Notes: generated from the letters alone by a model not told the origin. Numbered from the stretch's first letter, positions 29,798 to 40,192 are shown. The stretch is DNA of 64,000 bases from an uncultured Desulfurococcales archaeon (GCA_964519505.1 CAZFJX010000008.1:5236-69235), one strand, 5' to 3'. Program-made: numbers and translations.

Positions 29798-30913
29798 ATG
29801 ACACTAACCCTACTACTCAGACTAACAACCCGGTGTAGTGGTTGCGGTGCCCCATGCCCCTACACATCAAAACACAGCACTAATGAGGTAAGTACATATA
29901 TTAAGGACGTAATTAATGGGTTAACTAAGTTCGTAGATGAGGGTTTTGATGAGTCAGTAGTTCTGTGTCCAGTAAACTTAAGGGATGAATATCTCCATGA
30001 CCTAGTTAAGGTGCTTAAGGAGGTGAGTAATTCTGTTAAGGTATTCATACCCTTAAGTGAGGTTAAGTCATTAAGTAAGTACCTAGCTAGTATGCTTAAT
30101 GAGTTAGTTATAGTTGTTGGTAACATATCTACAGAACTACCTACTCAGTTAAGAACCTTAATTACTAACGGTATTGAGAACATATCGCTATATACCGTAC
30201 TAAGCCATAGCAGTAGTTTAGAGCTACTTAAGTGGGTTATTAGCGTAGCTAAGAGGTTCGGTGTTAGGGTTAGGGTTGGTGAGGCGCCATACATAGGTAA
30301 CCATATAGATGTTCATCAAAGACTAGTTAGGTATTGCTTAGGTATAGGGCTACCCTTCGGTAACCTCTATGGGTATAGGGCAGCAACAACTTTCATAAAC
30401 GACTACCCAGTAACTGTACTGTTTAAAGATCCGTCAGAATGTAGGTGTGTATACATAAACCCTGAAGGTAAGCTATGTAGATGCCCGTTAAGTAATGAAT
30501 GCCTAGACCTTAGGAACGCTAGGAGAGATATCATTCTTAACGTACTTAATAAGCCATGTAAGTTAGCTAAACCACTCCCCTACCCATCTATAAGGATAGA
30601 TGTCAAGCTACCTAACGGTATCACCATACCCTCAGAAATACTTCAGCTCCTAGAGCTCATAGACCACACTAGGTCATTAAGAAAAGCATGCTCGGTACTT
30701 GGTGTGTCTGTATCTACATGTATTGAGAAGTTAAGGAGGGTTGAGAGAGAGTTAGGTTCTAGACTCGTTGAGGGTTATAGGGGTGGTAGTAAGCATGGAT
30801 ATACTGTACTCACTAGCCTTGGTAGGGAGGTTCTTGAGGTTTATAGAGATGTTAGGGGCGCTATAATTGATAGCTTAATATCTAAGAACATAGTTAACTT
30901 CTCAATTGACTAA
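29798..30913 (+). CDS. corR: CorR-like transcriptional regulator: Cys-rich N-terminal domain plus C-terminal LysR/ModE-type wHTH
   Basis: LLELIDHTRSLRKACSVLGVSVS...LGSRLVEGYRGG...LTSLG wHTH; lies between corQ and cooF. Confidence 0.75.
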   Translation: MTLTLLLRLTTRCSGCGAPCPYTSKHSTNEVSTYIKDVINGLTKFVDEGFDESVVLCPVNLRDEYLHDLVKVLKEVSNSVKVFIPLSEVKSLSKYLASMLNELVIVVGNISTELPTQLRTLITNGIENISLYTVLSHSSSLELLKWVISVAKRFGVRVRVGEAPYIGNHIDVHQRLVRYCLGIGLPFGNLYGYRAATTFINDYPVTVLFKDPSECRCVYINPEGKLCRCPLSNECLDLRNARRDIILNVLNKPCKLAKPLPYPSIRIDVKLPNGITIPSEILQLLELIDHTRSLRKACSVLGVSVSTCIEKLRRVERELGSRLVEGYRGGSKHGYTVLTSLGREVLEVYRDVRGAIIDSLISKNIVNFSID

Positions 30914-30988
30914 GGACTTCGTATACTTACCCGTGTTCTAAAGCTCTTACCACGCCGGGGTTAAAAATAATTATTATCGTTAAGATAC

Positions 30989-31633
30989 TTGGGTGTTATT
31001 ATAGCATCGAATAACCCTGAATTCATTATCTACATAGACCCTGAGCGATGTATGGGTTGTAGGGCTTGCGAGATTGCTTGTGCCGTTGAGCACTCGCTCT
31101 CTAAGTCCATATATGAAGCACCTTACGAAATACCTAAACCTATACCTAGGATTAGGGTCTTACCTATAGACATTTTCTACGTACCAGCACGCTGCCAGCA
31201 CTGTGAGGATGCTCCATGCATCGCTGTATGTCCCACTAAGGCGATATCTAAGACTGATGAGGGCTTCGTAATAGTTGACCCTATGAAGTGCATTGGTTGC
31301 TTAATGTGTGCTTTAGCATGCCCCTTCGGTCACCCAAGATATAGTGCTGAGGAGAAGACCATGATTAAGTGTGATTTCTGCTACACTAGGGTTAGGGAAG
31401 GCAAGCTACCCGCATGTGTTGAGGCATGCCCAACAGGTGCGTTAAGATTTGGTAGGTTTGAGGAGGTTATGAAGGAGGTTGCTGAGGAGAAGATGAGAGC
31501 GGTAATTACTGGTAAGGCAGGCCCTGGACTTGTAGTTATTAAGCCTGTGAAGATAGAGGTTGAAGTTAAACCGGCACCTCCGGCTAAGGTATCTGATATT
31601 AAGTCCATGTATAAACCCGTTTCATGGTCGTGA
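30989..31633 (+). CDS. cooF: CooF 4x[4Fe-4S] electron-transfer subunit
   Basis: CMGCRACEIAC, CQHCEDAPCIAVCP, CIGCLMCALACP and KCDFC...PACVEACP motifs. Confidence 0.92.
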   Translation: MGVIIASNNPEFIIYIDPERCMGCRACEIACAVEHSLSKSIYEAPYEIPKPIPRIRVLPIDIFYVPARCQHCEDAPCIAVCPTKAISKTDEGFVIVDPMKCIGCLMCALACPFGHPRYSAEEKTMIKCDFCYTRVREGKLPACVEACPTGALRFGRFEEVMKEVAEEKMRAVITGKAGPGLVVIKPVKIEVEVKPAPPAKVSDIKSMYKPVSWS

Positions 31634-31652
31634 ATTTATTTAGGGTGAGAGC

Positions 31653-33563
31653 ATGGCCCGTACTAACAAATTTAGACTCCCCAAACTCCCCGCTAAGGAA
31701 ATCTCCATAGTGCCTGGGGTTAAGGAGCTTATAGAGAAGGCCGAAGAGGAGGGTGTTGAGTTAGTCTGGCATAGATTCCTAGAGCAACAACCACAGTGTG
31801 GCTTCGGGCTTCTCGGTATATGCTGTAGGAACTGTAATATGGGTCCATGTAGGATAGACCCATTTGGTTTCGGACCTACCAAAGGCGTGTGTGGAGCTAC
31901 AGCAGACACCATAGTAGCTAGGAATATAGTCAGAATGATAGCAGCTGGTGCTGCGGCTCACAGCGATCATGCTAGAGATATATGGAAGGTATTCCATGGT
32001 GTCGTTCACGGCGAGATTAAGGCCTACAAGATCACTGACTCAGCTAAGCTTAGGTGGTTAGCTCAGGTACTTGACATACCTACTGAAGGTAGGGATGATA
32101 TGGAGATAGGTAGGGATGTCGCTGCCGTATTGGAGAGAGAGTTCGCTAAGCAGGATGAGGAGCCTTTAGCTCTAGCTAAGGCGCTAGCACCTAAGAGGAG
32201 GCTTACGGTATGGGAGAAGGCGGGTATAATCCCTAGGAACATCGATAGGGAGATATGTGAGTGTATGCATAGGACTCACGTAGGTGTTGATGCTGACCCA
32301 GTAAGCTTAATACTCCACGGTGCTAGAACCGCCTTAGCTGACGGTTGGAGTGGTTCAATGATGGCTACCTTACTTAGCGACATATTGTTCGGCACGCCAA
32401 AGCCGTTAACAGCTGAGGCTAACTTAGGTGTTCTTAAGGAGGACTACGTAAACATAATAGTCCACGGACATAACCCAGTACTCTCAATGAAGATTGTTGA
32501 GGCAGCCATGAGTGATGAAGCTAGGAAGTTAGCTGAAGGGGTAGGTGCTAAAGGAGTTAACGTAGCCGGTATGTGCTGTACAGGTAATGAGGTGCTCATG
32601 AGGTTAGGTGTGCCGTTAGCTGGTAACTACCTAATGCAGGAGTTAGCCATTGCTACGGGAGCTGTTGAGGCGGTAATAGTTGATTACCAGTGTATATGGC
32701 CCGCAATAGTCAACGTAGCTAACTGCTACCACACTAAGGTAATAACTACAGAGCCTAAGATGAAGATACCCGGAGCACTACATATAGAGTTCGAGCCTGA
32801 GAAGGCTGATGAGCTAGCTATGAAGATTGTTAAGGTAGCTATAGAGAACTTCCGTAACAGGGTTAAGGAGAGGGTTAGGATACCTAGATACAGAATGAGG
32901 TTAATGGCAGGCTTTAGCGTTGAGGCTATAGTTGAGGCTCTAGGAGGTACTCTAGACCCGCTGATTGAGGCGCTAAAGAGCGGTGTGATTAAGGGTATCG
33001 TAGGTATTGTAGGCTGCAACAACCCGAAGGTAAGGCATAACTATAACCACGTAACCATAACTAAGAAGTTAATCAAGAACGACATACTAGTAGTAGGTAC
33101 TGGTTGCTGGGCTATAGCATCAGCCATAGAGGGACTCTTAACGCCCGAGGCAGCTAAGCTAGCCGGTCCAGGGCTTAGGGCTGTATGTGAGAAGCTAGGT
33201 ATACCGCCATGCCTTCACATGGGTAGCTGTGTTGACTGCTCAAGAATTCTAATAGCACTAAAGGCCCTCGCTGAGGCGTTAAACGTAGACATACCTGATT
33301 TACCTGCCGCTGGCTCAGCGCCTGAATGGATGAGTGAGAAGGCAGTAAGCATCGGTACCTACTTCGTGGCTTCAGGAGTATTCACGCATCTAGGCACGAT
33401 ACCACCAGTACTCGGTAGTAAGAAAGTGACCAAGCTCCTTACCGAGGACGTTGAGTACGTAGTTGGCGGTAAGTTCTACGTAGAGCCTAACCCAGAGAAG
33501 GCCGCTGAAACAATAATTAGGGTGATTGAGGAGAAGAGAAAGAAGTTAGGCTGGCCTACATAA
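31653..33563 (+). CDS. cooS: Anaerobic Ni,Fe carbon monoxide dehydrogenase catalytic subunit
   Basis: QCGFGLLGICCRNCNMGPC, GVCG, AHSDH, HGHNP, GMCCTGNE, DYQC, VGCNN, TGCW, MGSCVD and SEKA cover the B/C/D-cluster ligands and catalytic residues. Confidence 0.97.
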   Translation: MARTNKFRLPKLPAKEISIVPGVKELIEKAEEEGVELVWHRFLEQQPQCGFGLLGICCRNCNMGPCRIDPFGFGPTKGVCGATADTIVARNIVRMIAAGAAAHSDHARDIWKVFHGVVHGEIKAYKITDSAKLRWLAQVLDIPTEGRDDMEIGRDVAAVLEREFAKQDEEPLALAKALAPKRRLTVWEKAGIIPRNIDREICECMHRTHVGVDADPVSLILHGARTALADGWSGSMMATLLSDILFGTPKPLTAEANLGVLKEDYVNIIVHGHNPVLSMKIVEAAMSDEARKLAEGVGAKGVNVAGMCCTGNEVLMRLGVPLAGNYLMQELAIATGAVEAVIVDYQCIWPAIVNVANCYHTKVITTEPKMKIPGALHIEFEPEKADELAMKIVKVAIENFRNRVKERVRIPRYRMRLMAGFSVEAIVEALGGTLDPLIEALKSGVIKGIVGIVGCNNPKVRHNYNHVTITKKLIKNDILVVGTGCWAIASAIEGLLTPEAAKLAGPGLRAVCEKLGIPPCLHMGSCVDCSRILIALKALAEALNVDIPDLPAAGSAPEWMSEKAVSIGTYFVASGVFTHLGTIPPVLGSKKVTKLLTEDVEYVVGGKFYVEPNPEKAAETIIRVIEEKRKKLGWPT

Positions 33564-33580
33564 AATATTAGTGGGTATCT

Positions 33581-34384
33581 ATGGGCTTAAGGATAGTAGT
33601 GACGGGGAAGGGAGGGAGTGGTAAGACCACCATAGCCGCATTAACCTCAATAACTTTTTCGCTTAACGGCTATAGGGTTCTTGCACTAGATACCGACTCC
33701 GTACCTAACCTAGCCTTAAGTCTAGGCATACCCCAAGATAAGGCATCTAAGATAGTGCCATTAGTAAAGAATGAGGAGTTAATAGCTGAAAGAACAGGGG
33801 CTAAGCCTGGTGAGGGTTGGGGCATACTCTTTAGCTTAACACCTGATGTCTCAGATATAACCGATAGGTTTGGTGTTAAGGTTAATGAGAACCTAACTCT
33901 AGTTGTTGTTGGCAGTATAGACGTTAGTAAGGAGGGGTGCTTATGTCCAGCCATAGCCTTAGCTAAGGCATTCCTACTACATATACTCTTAAGACCTAAA
34001 GACGTAGTCGTAATAGACTCTGAAGCTGGTGCCGAAGTCTTCGGTAGAGGGCTCGCTGAGAGATTCGATGTTAACTTATGTGTTGCTGAGCCTACTCTAA
34101 AGTCATTAATGATAGCCAAGAAGTTAGTTAAGATGGGGAGGGAACTAGGTATTAAGCATAACTTCATAGTCATCAATAAGGTTATAGATACATTAAGAGC
34201 CGCTCAATTATATAGTGAGGTGTTTACTGATGAAAGACCAAGGTACTACATAGTTAGGTATAGTGATAACATAATTAAGTTAGAGAATAGTGGTAAAGGA
34301 CTTAATGAGCTCCCCCATAACGACCATGCACTTCAAGATGTGAAGCAACTAATTAATAGTCTTAGAAATATTTTCCTTAGGTGA
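33581..34384 (+). CDS. cooC: CODH nickel-insertion ATPase
   Basis: TGKGGSGKTT, DTDSVPNL, GCLCP and IDSEAGAE motifs. Confidence 0.93.
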   Translation: MGLRIVVTGKGGSGKTTIAALTSITFSLNGYRVLALDTDSVPNLALSLGIPQDKASKIVPLVKNEELIAERTGAKPGEGWGILFSLTPDVSDITDRFGVKVNENLTLVVVGSIDVSKEGCLCPAIALAKAFLLHILLRPKDVVVIDSEAGAEVFGRGLAERFDVNLCVAEPTLKSLMIAKKLVKMGRELGIKHNFIVINKVIDTLRAAQLYSEVFTDERPRYYIVRYSDNIIKLENSGKGLNELPHNDHALQDVKQLINSLRNIFLR

Positions 34385-34388
34385 GAAT

Positions 34389-34583
34389 ATGTGTGAGTCT
34401 AAAGCCGTAGTTGTTAAGGGATCTAAGGAGGAATTAGTACTTGACGATGTAGTTATGTTGGAGATCCTTGGTGATAGGTTAAGGCTTGTTAATATTGAGG
34501 GTAAGGAAAAGCTAATCACTGAATATAGGCTAGGTAGGATAGATTTCATAGGTCATAAGATATACCTGGTCCCTAAGGAGTAG
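34389..34583 (+). CDS. cooT: CooT-family nickel-binding protein
   Basis: MCES N-terminus and C-terminal IDFIGHKI; 64 aa, directly after cooC. Confidence 0.85.
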   Translation: MCESKAVVVKGSKEELVLDDVVMLEILGDRLRLVNIEGKEKLITEYRLGRIDFIGHKIYLVPKE

Positions 34584-34589
34584 CCTTAG

Positions 34590-36569
34590 GTGATTATGCT
34601 GGAAGGGGCTCTCCTTAAACTAATAGAATTTTTAGAAATGAATAACCCAATAACCCTATCCGTAATCCTTCTCGTAGCTTCCTTAATAGTAACCCCTTTT
34701 ATTAGGGGCTTAATAGGTGCTTACATATCGTTAGCCGTATGTTTATTTACTTCTTCAATACTTACGTTAATATCTCTCAAAGTCTTAATTACTGGGAGCG
34801 TAGTTACGTTAACAATACCTCTATTACCCTGGGCTAAGTACTACCCCATAGACTTATCTTCCGTTAAGTTAGTTATAGATCCATTAACAGCTTACTTCAC
34901 ATTACTCTTATCAATCATAGTATTCGCATCCTCACTCTACGGTTTCGGTTACGTACTTAGGTTCAGAGGTAAGGAGCACTTAGGTTGGTACGGCTTTAAT
35001 TACTCACTATTCTTCCTAGCTATGTTCCTCACATTAAGCGTTAGGGACTTCATACTATTCATAATCTTCTGGGAGTTAATGACTCTCTCATCACAATTCT
35101 TAGTATCTTATGAGAAGGAAAAGCCTAGAGCCGTTAAAGCAGGGATTAAGTACTTCTGTATAAGTAAGTTCGGTGCTGAATACATGTTAATTATAGCGAT
35201 AACATTAACTACCTTACTAGCTATGACGACCTCATTTAGTGGTGTGGGTGAGTTCCTAAAGAACCTCCAGATCAATGACCCAACACTTTATTACTTACTT
35301 ACCTCATTCTTCATGTTAGGCTTATTAATTAAGTGTGCTGCAGTACCATTCCATAACTGGCTACCTGAGGCGCATCCTGAAGCTCCGGCTAACGTATCAT
35401 CACTACTCAGCGGTACGATGATTAAGGTACCTATATACATGATGTTAAGGCTATTACTAGACCTATCTAACCCAACACCAGCATGGGGTTTAGCCATAGC
35501 TATTATTGGGTGCGTAACTCTATTCATAGGTACCATGTATGCACTTATTCAAGTAGACTCCAAGGTCTTACTAGCCTACCACAGTATAGGTCAGATAGGC
35601 TACATACTCTTAGCTTTAGGTACATCCATATACCTCTACAGTCTAGGAAATTACTTATTGGCATTCATAGCGCTGACTGCCACCTTATATCACGCAATTA
35701 ATCATGCAGTATTCAAGTCTTTACTATTCTTAACGGCTGGTTCAGTGGTCTTTAGGTTAGGTACTAGAGATCTGAACGTTCTTGGTGGTTTAGGTAAGTA
35801 CATGCCCTTTACAGCGGTGTGTGCGTTAATAGCTGCGTTATCTATATCTGGTGTTCCGCCATTCAACGGGTTCGCTAGTAAATGGATGATTTACTTCTCA
35901 ACAATGACTAGTTCAACCATACTTTCTTTCCTAGGCGCTATAGCTATGTTTATAAGTAGCGTAACAACAGCCAGTTTCATCAAGTACTTCACAACACTCT
36001 TCACTAGAGAGGCTAAGGTAGACGTAAGTAAGGTTAAGGAAGTGCCAGCACCTATGGCTATAGCTCAGGGAGTTCTAGCTATACTATGTATATTATTAGG
36101 TCTTTACCCAATGCTAGCTATTAAGGCTAGTAAGTCGCTAGCTATGTATCTAGGTTTAAGCATACCTAAGGTCATTTCTTACGGACCCATAGTTGTTACG
36201 GTACCAGGTAAGGCATCAATATCCTTACTATTAATAGCTACGTTACTAGTCATAACCATACCTATAGTCATGGCCGTAACTAAGCCTAAGATCGTCCCTA
36301 GACCCTGGGTAGCGGGTGTTGGTATCAGACCCCAACACTCGATACCAGCAAGTAGCTACTATAGGGATTTTGAGCTTGTATATTACGAACCTTACGGGCT
36401 AGGTAGGAGGCTATATAGCGCCCTCTGTGTGGACTTCATTAACTGGCTAAGGAGGTCATTACCTAAGTTGTCACTAGGTCTTGAGAACCCCCAGAACTCG
36501 CTACCTATATACATAGCCATAGCGCTACTCACATACTTAACGATAATTGCGGGATTGAGGTGGTGGTGA
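34590..36569 (+). CDS. hyfB: Group 4 hydrogenase antiporter-like membrane subunit (HyfB/HycC/NuoL-like)
   Basis: FWELMT, PFHNWLPEAHPEAP, LAYHSIGQIGY, HAVFKSLLFL and PPFNGFASKW motifs. Confidence 0.9.
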   Translation: MIMLEGALLKLIEFLEMNNPITLSVILLVASLIVTPFIRGLIGAYISLAVCLFTSSILTLISLKVLITGSVVTLTIPLLPWAKYYPIDLSSVKLVIDPLTAYFTLLLSIIVFASSLYGFGYVLRFRGKEHLGWYGFNYSLFFLAMFLTLSVRDFILFIIFWELMTLSSQFLVSYEKEKPRAVKAGIKYFCISKFGAEYMLIIAITLTTLLAMTTSFSGVGEFLKNLQINDPTLYYLLTSFFMLGLLIKCAAVPFHNWLPEAHPEAPANVSSLLSGTMIKVPIYMMLRLLLDLSNPTPAWGLAIAIIGCVTLFIGTMYALIQVDSKVLLAYHSIGQIGYILLALGTSIYLYSLGNYLLAFIALTATLYHAINHAVFKSLLFLTAGSVVFRLGTRDLNVLGGLGKYMPFTAVCALIAALSISGVPPFNGFASKWMIYFSTMTSSTILSFLGAIAMFISSVTTASFIKYFTTLFTREAKVDVSKVKEVPAPMAIAQGVLAILCILLGLYPMLAIKASKSLAMYLGLSIPKVISYGPIVVTVPGKASISLLLIATLLVITIPIVMAVTKPKIVPRPWVAGVGIRPQHSIPASSYYRDFELVYYEPYGLGRRLYSALCVDFINWLRRSLPKLSLGLENPQNSLPIYIAIALLTYLTIIAGLRWW

Positions 36570-36570
36570 A

Positions 36571-37488
36571 GTGCTTTGGTTAAGACTAACGTACATAGTG
36601 CTTAACGTGCTGGTTGCCTTACTACTAGCTCCGTTACTGCACGGTATTGAAAGAAAGGTTAAGGCTAAGGTACAGAATAGGATCGGGCCCCCAATACTTC
36701 AGACTATATATGATTTAAGTAAGCTCTATAGGAGGGCCCCAATAGGTTATAGTATCGCCTCATGGATCTTAATATCCATGTCATTTAGCTACGCTCTAAT
36801 TTTAACTTTACTAGTACCCACCGCGTTTAACGTATCGCTAGGCTTTACTAGTGACTTAGTACTGGTTATTTACTTATTAACGTCAACATCCGTACTTATG
36901 GCTTTAGCCGCCATAGCTGGTGCCAGTCCTTACTCAGGGGTTGGATCTTCTAGGGAGGCTTCTTTAGTTATGGCCATTGAGTTAGTAATCGCATTCATCA
37001 TTGGTACACTAGCAGTTAGTTATGGAGTATTTACACTACCTAAACTACTCCCCATATGGGACTTAGGGTTTAAGCCATCAGTACTTGGTGCTTTAACCTT
37101 GCTAGCCATACTGACTTATATTGAGGGTCTTAGATTACCTTTCGACATACCCGAGGCCGAACCCGAGATAGCTTCAGGTGTTTACGTTGATTTTAGTGGT
37201 AGGATTCTTGCCGCAGCATTACATACGCATCTATTGAGGAGGTTGCTAGTTACCTCACTATTTATTGATTTCTTACTACCTAGGGAGTGGTTTTACTTCA
37301 AGTTAGGTGGTTACTTAATTGACTTAAGTATAGTTCCTTACTTAATCATAATGGTTTTGGCATCAGTTATTTATGCTGTTACTGAGGCATTATTCGGTAG
37401 GTATAGAATCGATGCTGCTCTCAAACTCCTTAAGGCCATGGCTATAATGTCGTTGGGGGTGATGGTGCTTGCGTTCGCAGGTTACTGA
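36571..37488 (+). CDS. hycD: Group 4 hydrogenase NuoH-like membrane subunit
   Basis: ERKVKAKVQNRIGPP, GSSREA and RLPFDIPEAEPE motifs. Confidence 0.9.
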   Translation: MLWLRLTYIVLNVLVALLLAPLLHGIERKVKAKVQNRIGPPILQTIYDLSKLYRRAPIGYSIASWILISMSFSYALILTLLVPTAFNVSLGFTSDLVLVIYLLTSTSVLMALAAIAGASPYSGVGSSREASLVMAIELVIAFIIGTLAVSYGVFTLPKLLPIWDLGFKPSVLGALTLLAILTYIEGLRLPFDIPEAEPEIASGVYVDFSGRILAAALHTHLLRRLLVTSLFIDFLLPREWFYFKLGGYLIDLSIVPYLIIMVLASVIYAVTEALFGRYRIDAALKLLKAMAIMSLGVMVLAFAGY

Positions 37489-39109
37489 AGTAGCTAAGAA
37501 GCTTAAGGCGTTTGGTGAGGTATATGTACGTGATGGTGTGGTTAAGGTAGTTACTGATGAGGATAGACTTAAGGATCTAATCCTATATATGCTTCAATCA
37601 CTTAACGCTAGGTTAGCAACTACGGTGGGTGTTGATACTAGAGTATTAACGCACAATTATAGGGTTATCCATATTTTCTCTATTGATGATCTAAAGATAT
37701 ATGTCCTTGTCGAGCTTAAAGTACCTAAGGAGAGACCCGCTGTACGGTCAATAACACCTCTAATACCCGGTGCTGACTGGTCTGAGCGTGAGGTACGTGA
37801 CCTACTAGGTATTGAGTTTAAGGGGCACCCGACTAAGGAGTACCTAATTAGGAGACCTAAACTCTGGCTTGAGCACGCTTACCCTCTAAGGAAGGACTAT
37901 CCGCATAGCAAGAAGGTTTTAGTACCTTCACCACAATACGATATCGAACCTACTAAGGGGTTCTCAGTAGCCATAGGCCCCTATCACCCAGCGCTTCATG
38001 AGCCAGAGCACTTTGAGTTAGTGGTTGATGGTGAGAGAATAGTTGAAGCTAGGTACTGCGGCTTTATGGTCCATAGGGGTATTGAGAAGCTTGGTGAATC
38101 TAGGTTAGATATATATCAGATACCCTTCATAGCTGAGAGAATATGCGGTATATGCGGGTTTACACATAGTGTAGCCTATACGCAGGCTGTTGAGTCAGCG
38201 CTAGGCATAGATCCCCCAGAGAGAGCTAAGTACATAAGGTCAATCCTACTTGAGATTGAAAGGGTACATAGTCACTTACTATGGTTTGGAGTGCTTTTCC
38301 ATGTGTTAGGCTTTGACACAGGCTTCATGAATGTATGGAGAATTAGAGAGCCTGTTATGGAGCTTGCTGAGTTATTGACAGGAAACAGAAAGACTTACGG
38401 TGTAAATAAGGTTGGTGGCGTTAGGAGAGATATCGATGAGTCTAAAGTGAAGAAGGTAAAGGAGGTCGTTAATAGGGTACGTAAGGAGTTTACCGAACTC
38501 ATAGATAAGTTCTTAAACTTATCAGAAGTTATTGAGAGGACCAAGGGTGTTGGCGTACTTGAGGTTAGTGACGCTAAGAAACTATGCGTCGTTGGCCCTA
38601 ATGCTAGGGCTTCAAGTATTGACATAGATACCAGGAGGGATCATCCCTACGCAGCATACCCTAACGCTGAGTTTAAGGTACCTGTAAGTGATGGGTGTGA
38701 CGTGTATTCTAGGGCTTTAGTACGTAGGGATGAGATCTTAGAGTCCCTAAGCATTATTGAGCAATTAGTTAGTGATTTACCTAAGACACCATTGTCTGTT
38801 GAGGAAGTACCGTTTAAGGAGTTAAGTGAGGGTGTTGGGGCTACCGAAGCACCTAGAGGTGAGAACGTTCATTACGTAATTACAGGTAGGTCTAGAAAGC
38901 TATTTAGGTGGCGTGTTAGGGCACCGTCATACGCTAACATACCTTCACTACTATACATGCTTAGAGGCCAACACCTAGCTGATGCCCCAGCAATAATAGC
39001 CAGCATAGATCCGTGCTTCTCATGCACTGATAGAGTACTGGTGATTAACCTAAGATACGGTACTAAGAGATACGTGACTTTAAGAAAGTTGAGGTCTTTA
39101 GGTGAGTAG
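37469..39109 (+). CDS. hycE: Group 4 [NiFe]-hydrogenase large subunit (NuoC-NuoD fusion)
   Basis: L1 ERICGICGFTH and L2 DPCFSCTDR; N-terminal EREVRDLLGIEFKGHP; EAPRGE. Confidence 0.95.
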   Translation: MRSQVTEVAKKLKAFGEVYVRDGVVKVVTDEDRLKDLILYMLQSLNARLATTVGVDTRVLTHNYRVIHIFSIDDLKIYVLVELKVPKERPAVRSITPLIPGADWSEREVRDLLGIEFKGHPTKEYLIRRPKLWLEHAYPLRKDYPHSKKVLVPSPQYDIEPTKGFSVAIGPYHPALHEPEHFELVVDGERIVEARYCGFMVHRGIEKLGESRLDIYQIPFIAERICGICGFTHSVAYTQAVESALGIDPPERAKYIRSILLEIERVHSHLLWFGVLFHVLGFDTGFMNVWRIREPVMELAELLTGNRKTYGVNKVGGVRRDIDESKVKKVKEVVNRVRKEFTELIDKFLNLSEVIERTKGVGVLEVSDAKKLCVVGPNARASSIDIDTRRDHPYAAYPNAEFKVPVSDGCDVYSRALVRRDEILESLSIIEQLVSDLPKTPLSVEEVPFKELSEGVGATEAPRGENVHYVITGRSRKLFRWRVRAPSYANIPSLLYMLRGQHLADAPAIIASIDPCFSCTDRVLVINLRYGTKRYVTLRKLRSLGE

Positions 39110-39623
39110 CGTGGGTAGGTTAGACATACTTAAGAAGGCTTTAGGTATTGGCGTAGTCACTAGGAAGTATCCTTACGTGAGGGTAGAGCCACCTGAAGGG
39201 TTTAGGGGTAAGCCAATCATAGATCCAGACAAGTGTTTAGGTTGTGGGGCCTGCGCTGAGGCATGCCCGCCTAAAGCAATAAGTACTGAGGACAGTCAAG
39301 AAGAGGGTGCTAGGTATGTTAAGATATTCTACGGTAGGTGTATTTTCTGCGGTATGTGTGCTGACGTATGCCCCGCTAACGCCATAGAACTAAGTAAGGA
39401 GTTTGAGCTAGCCTCTAAAGAACGTAACGACCTCTACCTAGTTATTAAAGTACCTATGGTTAAGTGCTCAGTATGCGGTAAGTACTTCACAACAGCACCA
39501 CTACTACTTAAATCACTAGAGAACGTCCCTGAACACTTACGCCCTATCATGACCGTATGCCCTGAATGCAAGTCTAAGCTCTCCTCTAGATTCACATCAT
39601 TCGCTAGGAGGGTGGGTTCATGA
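39102..39623 (+). CDS. hycF: Group 4 hydrogenase 2x[4Fe-4S] subunit (NuoI-like)
   Basis: CLGCGACAEACP and CIFCGMCADVCP; C-terminal CSVC...CPEC. Confidence 0.9.
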   Translation: MSSVGRLDILKKALGIGVVTRKYPYVRVEPPEGFRGKPIIDPDKCLGCGACAEACPPKAISTEDSQEEGARYVKIFYGRCIFCGMCADVCPANAIELSKEFELASKERNDLYLVIKVPMVKCSVCGKYFTTAPLLLKSLENVPEHLRPIMTVCPECKSKLSSRFTSFARRVGS

Positions 39624-40192
39624 GCATACCTAAGCTCTTTAGAAGGAGCTTATGGGTATTCCACCTAAATACTGGGGCGTGTAATGCCTGTGATATAGAG
39701 ATACTTGACCTAATAACCCCCTATCATGACGTGGAGAGGTTCGGTATAAAGTTAGTTGGTTCACCAAGACACGCGGACTGCATACTCCTTACGGGACCCA
39801 TAAACGTAAATACGTTACCTCACGTGATTAAGGCTATTGAAGCCATACCTGAACCTAAGGTGCTGATAGCTATAGGTTCATGCGCTTGCGGTGGTGGGAT
39901 ATGGTTTGACTCATACTCAACACTCGGTGGTGTTCCTAACCTCATTAAGTACCTAAAGGAGCATGGGTTACCAATACCTAACGTTATTTACGTACCCGGA
40001 TGCCCACCTAAGCCTGAGGCTATGATTTATGGAATAGCTGTTGGTTGGGACTTAGTCAGGCAGAAACAGGTACATGAGGTTAAGGTAGTTAAGGTTAGTG
40101 AGGAAGGTGTTAAGGCTATTGAGGGGTTAAGTAGAGAGCTTAAGGAGTCGTTAGAGAGGTTTAAGAGATTCTTAAGAGGTGTTAAGTCATGA
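39620..40192 (+). CDS. hycG: Group 4 [NiFe]-hydrogenase small subunit (NuoB-like)
   Basis: CNACDIE, GSPRHAD, GSCACGGG and PGCPP motifs. Confidence 0.93.
   Translation: MSIPKLFRRSLWVFHLNTGACNACDIEILDLITPYHDVERFGIKLVGSPRHADCILLTGPINVNTLPHVIKAIEAIPEPKVLIAIGSCACGGGIWFDSYSTLGGVPNLIKYLKEHGLPIPNVIYVPGCPPKPEAMIYGIAVGWDLVRQKQVHEVKVVKVSEEGVKAIEGLSRELKESLERFKRFLRGVKS

Noticed and set aside
31653-40192. Selenocysteine recoding in CODH or hydrogenase
   Set aside because: No in-frame TGA; all metal ligands are Cys or His.
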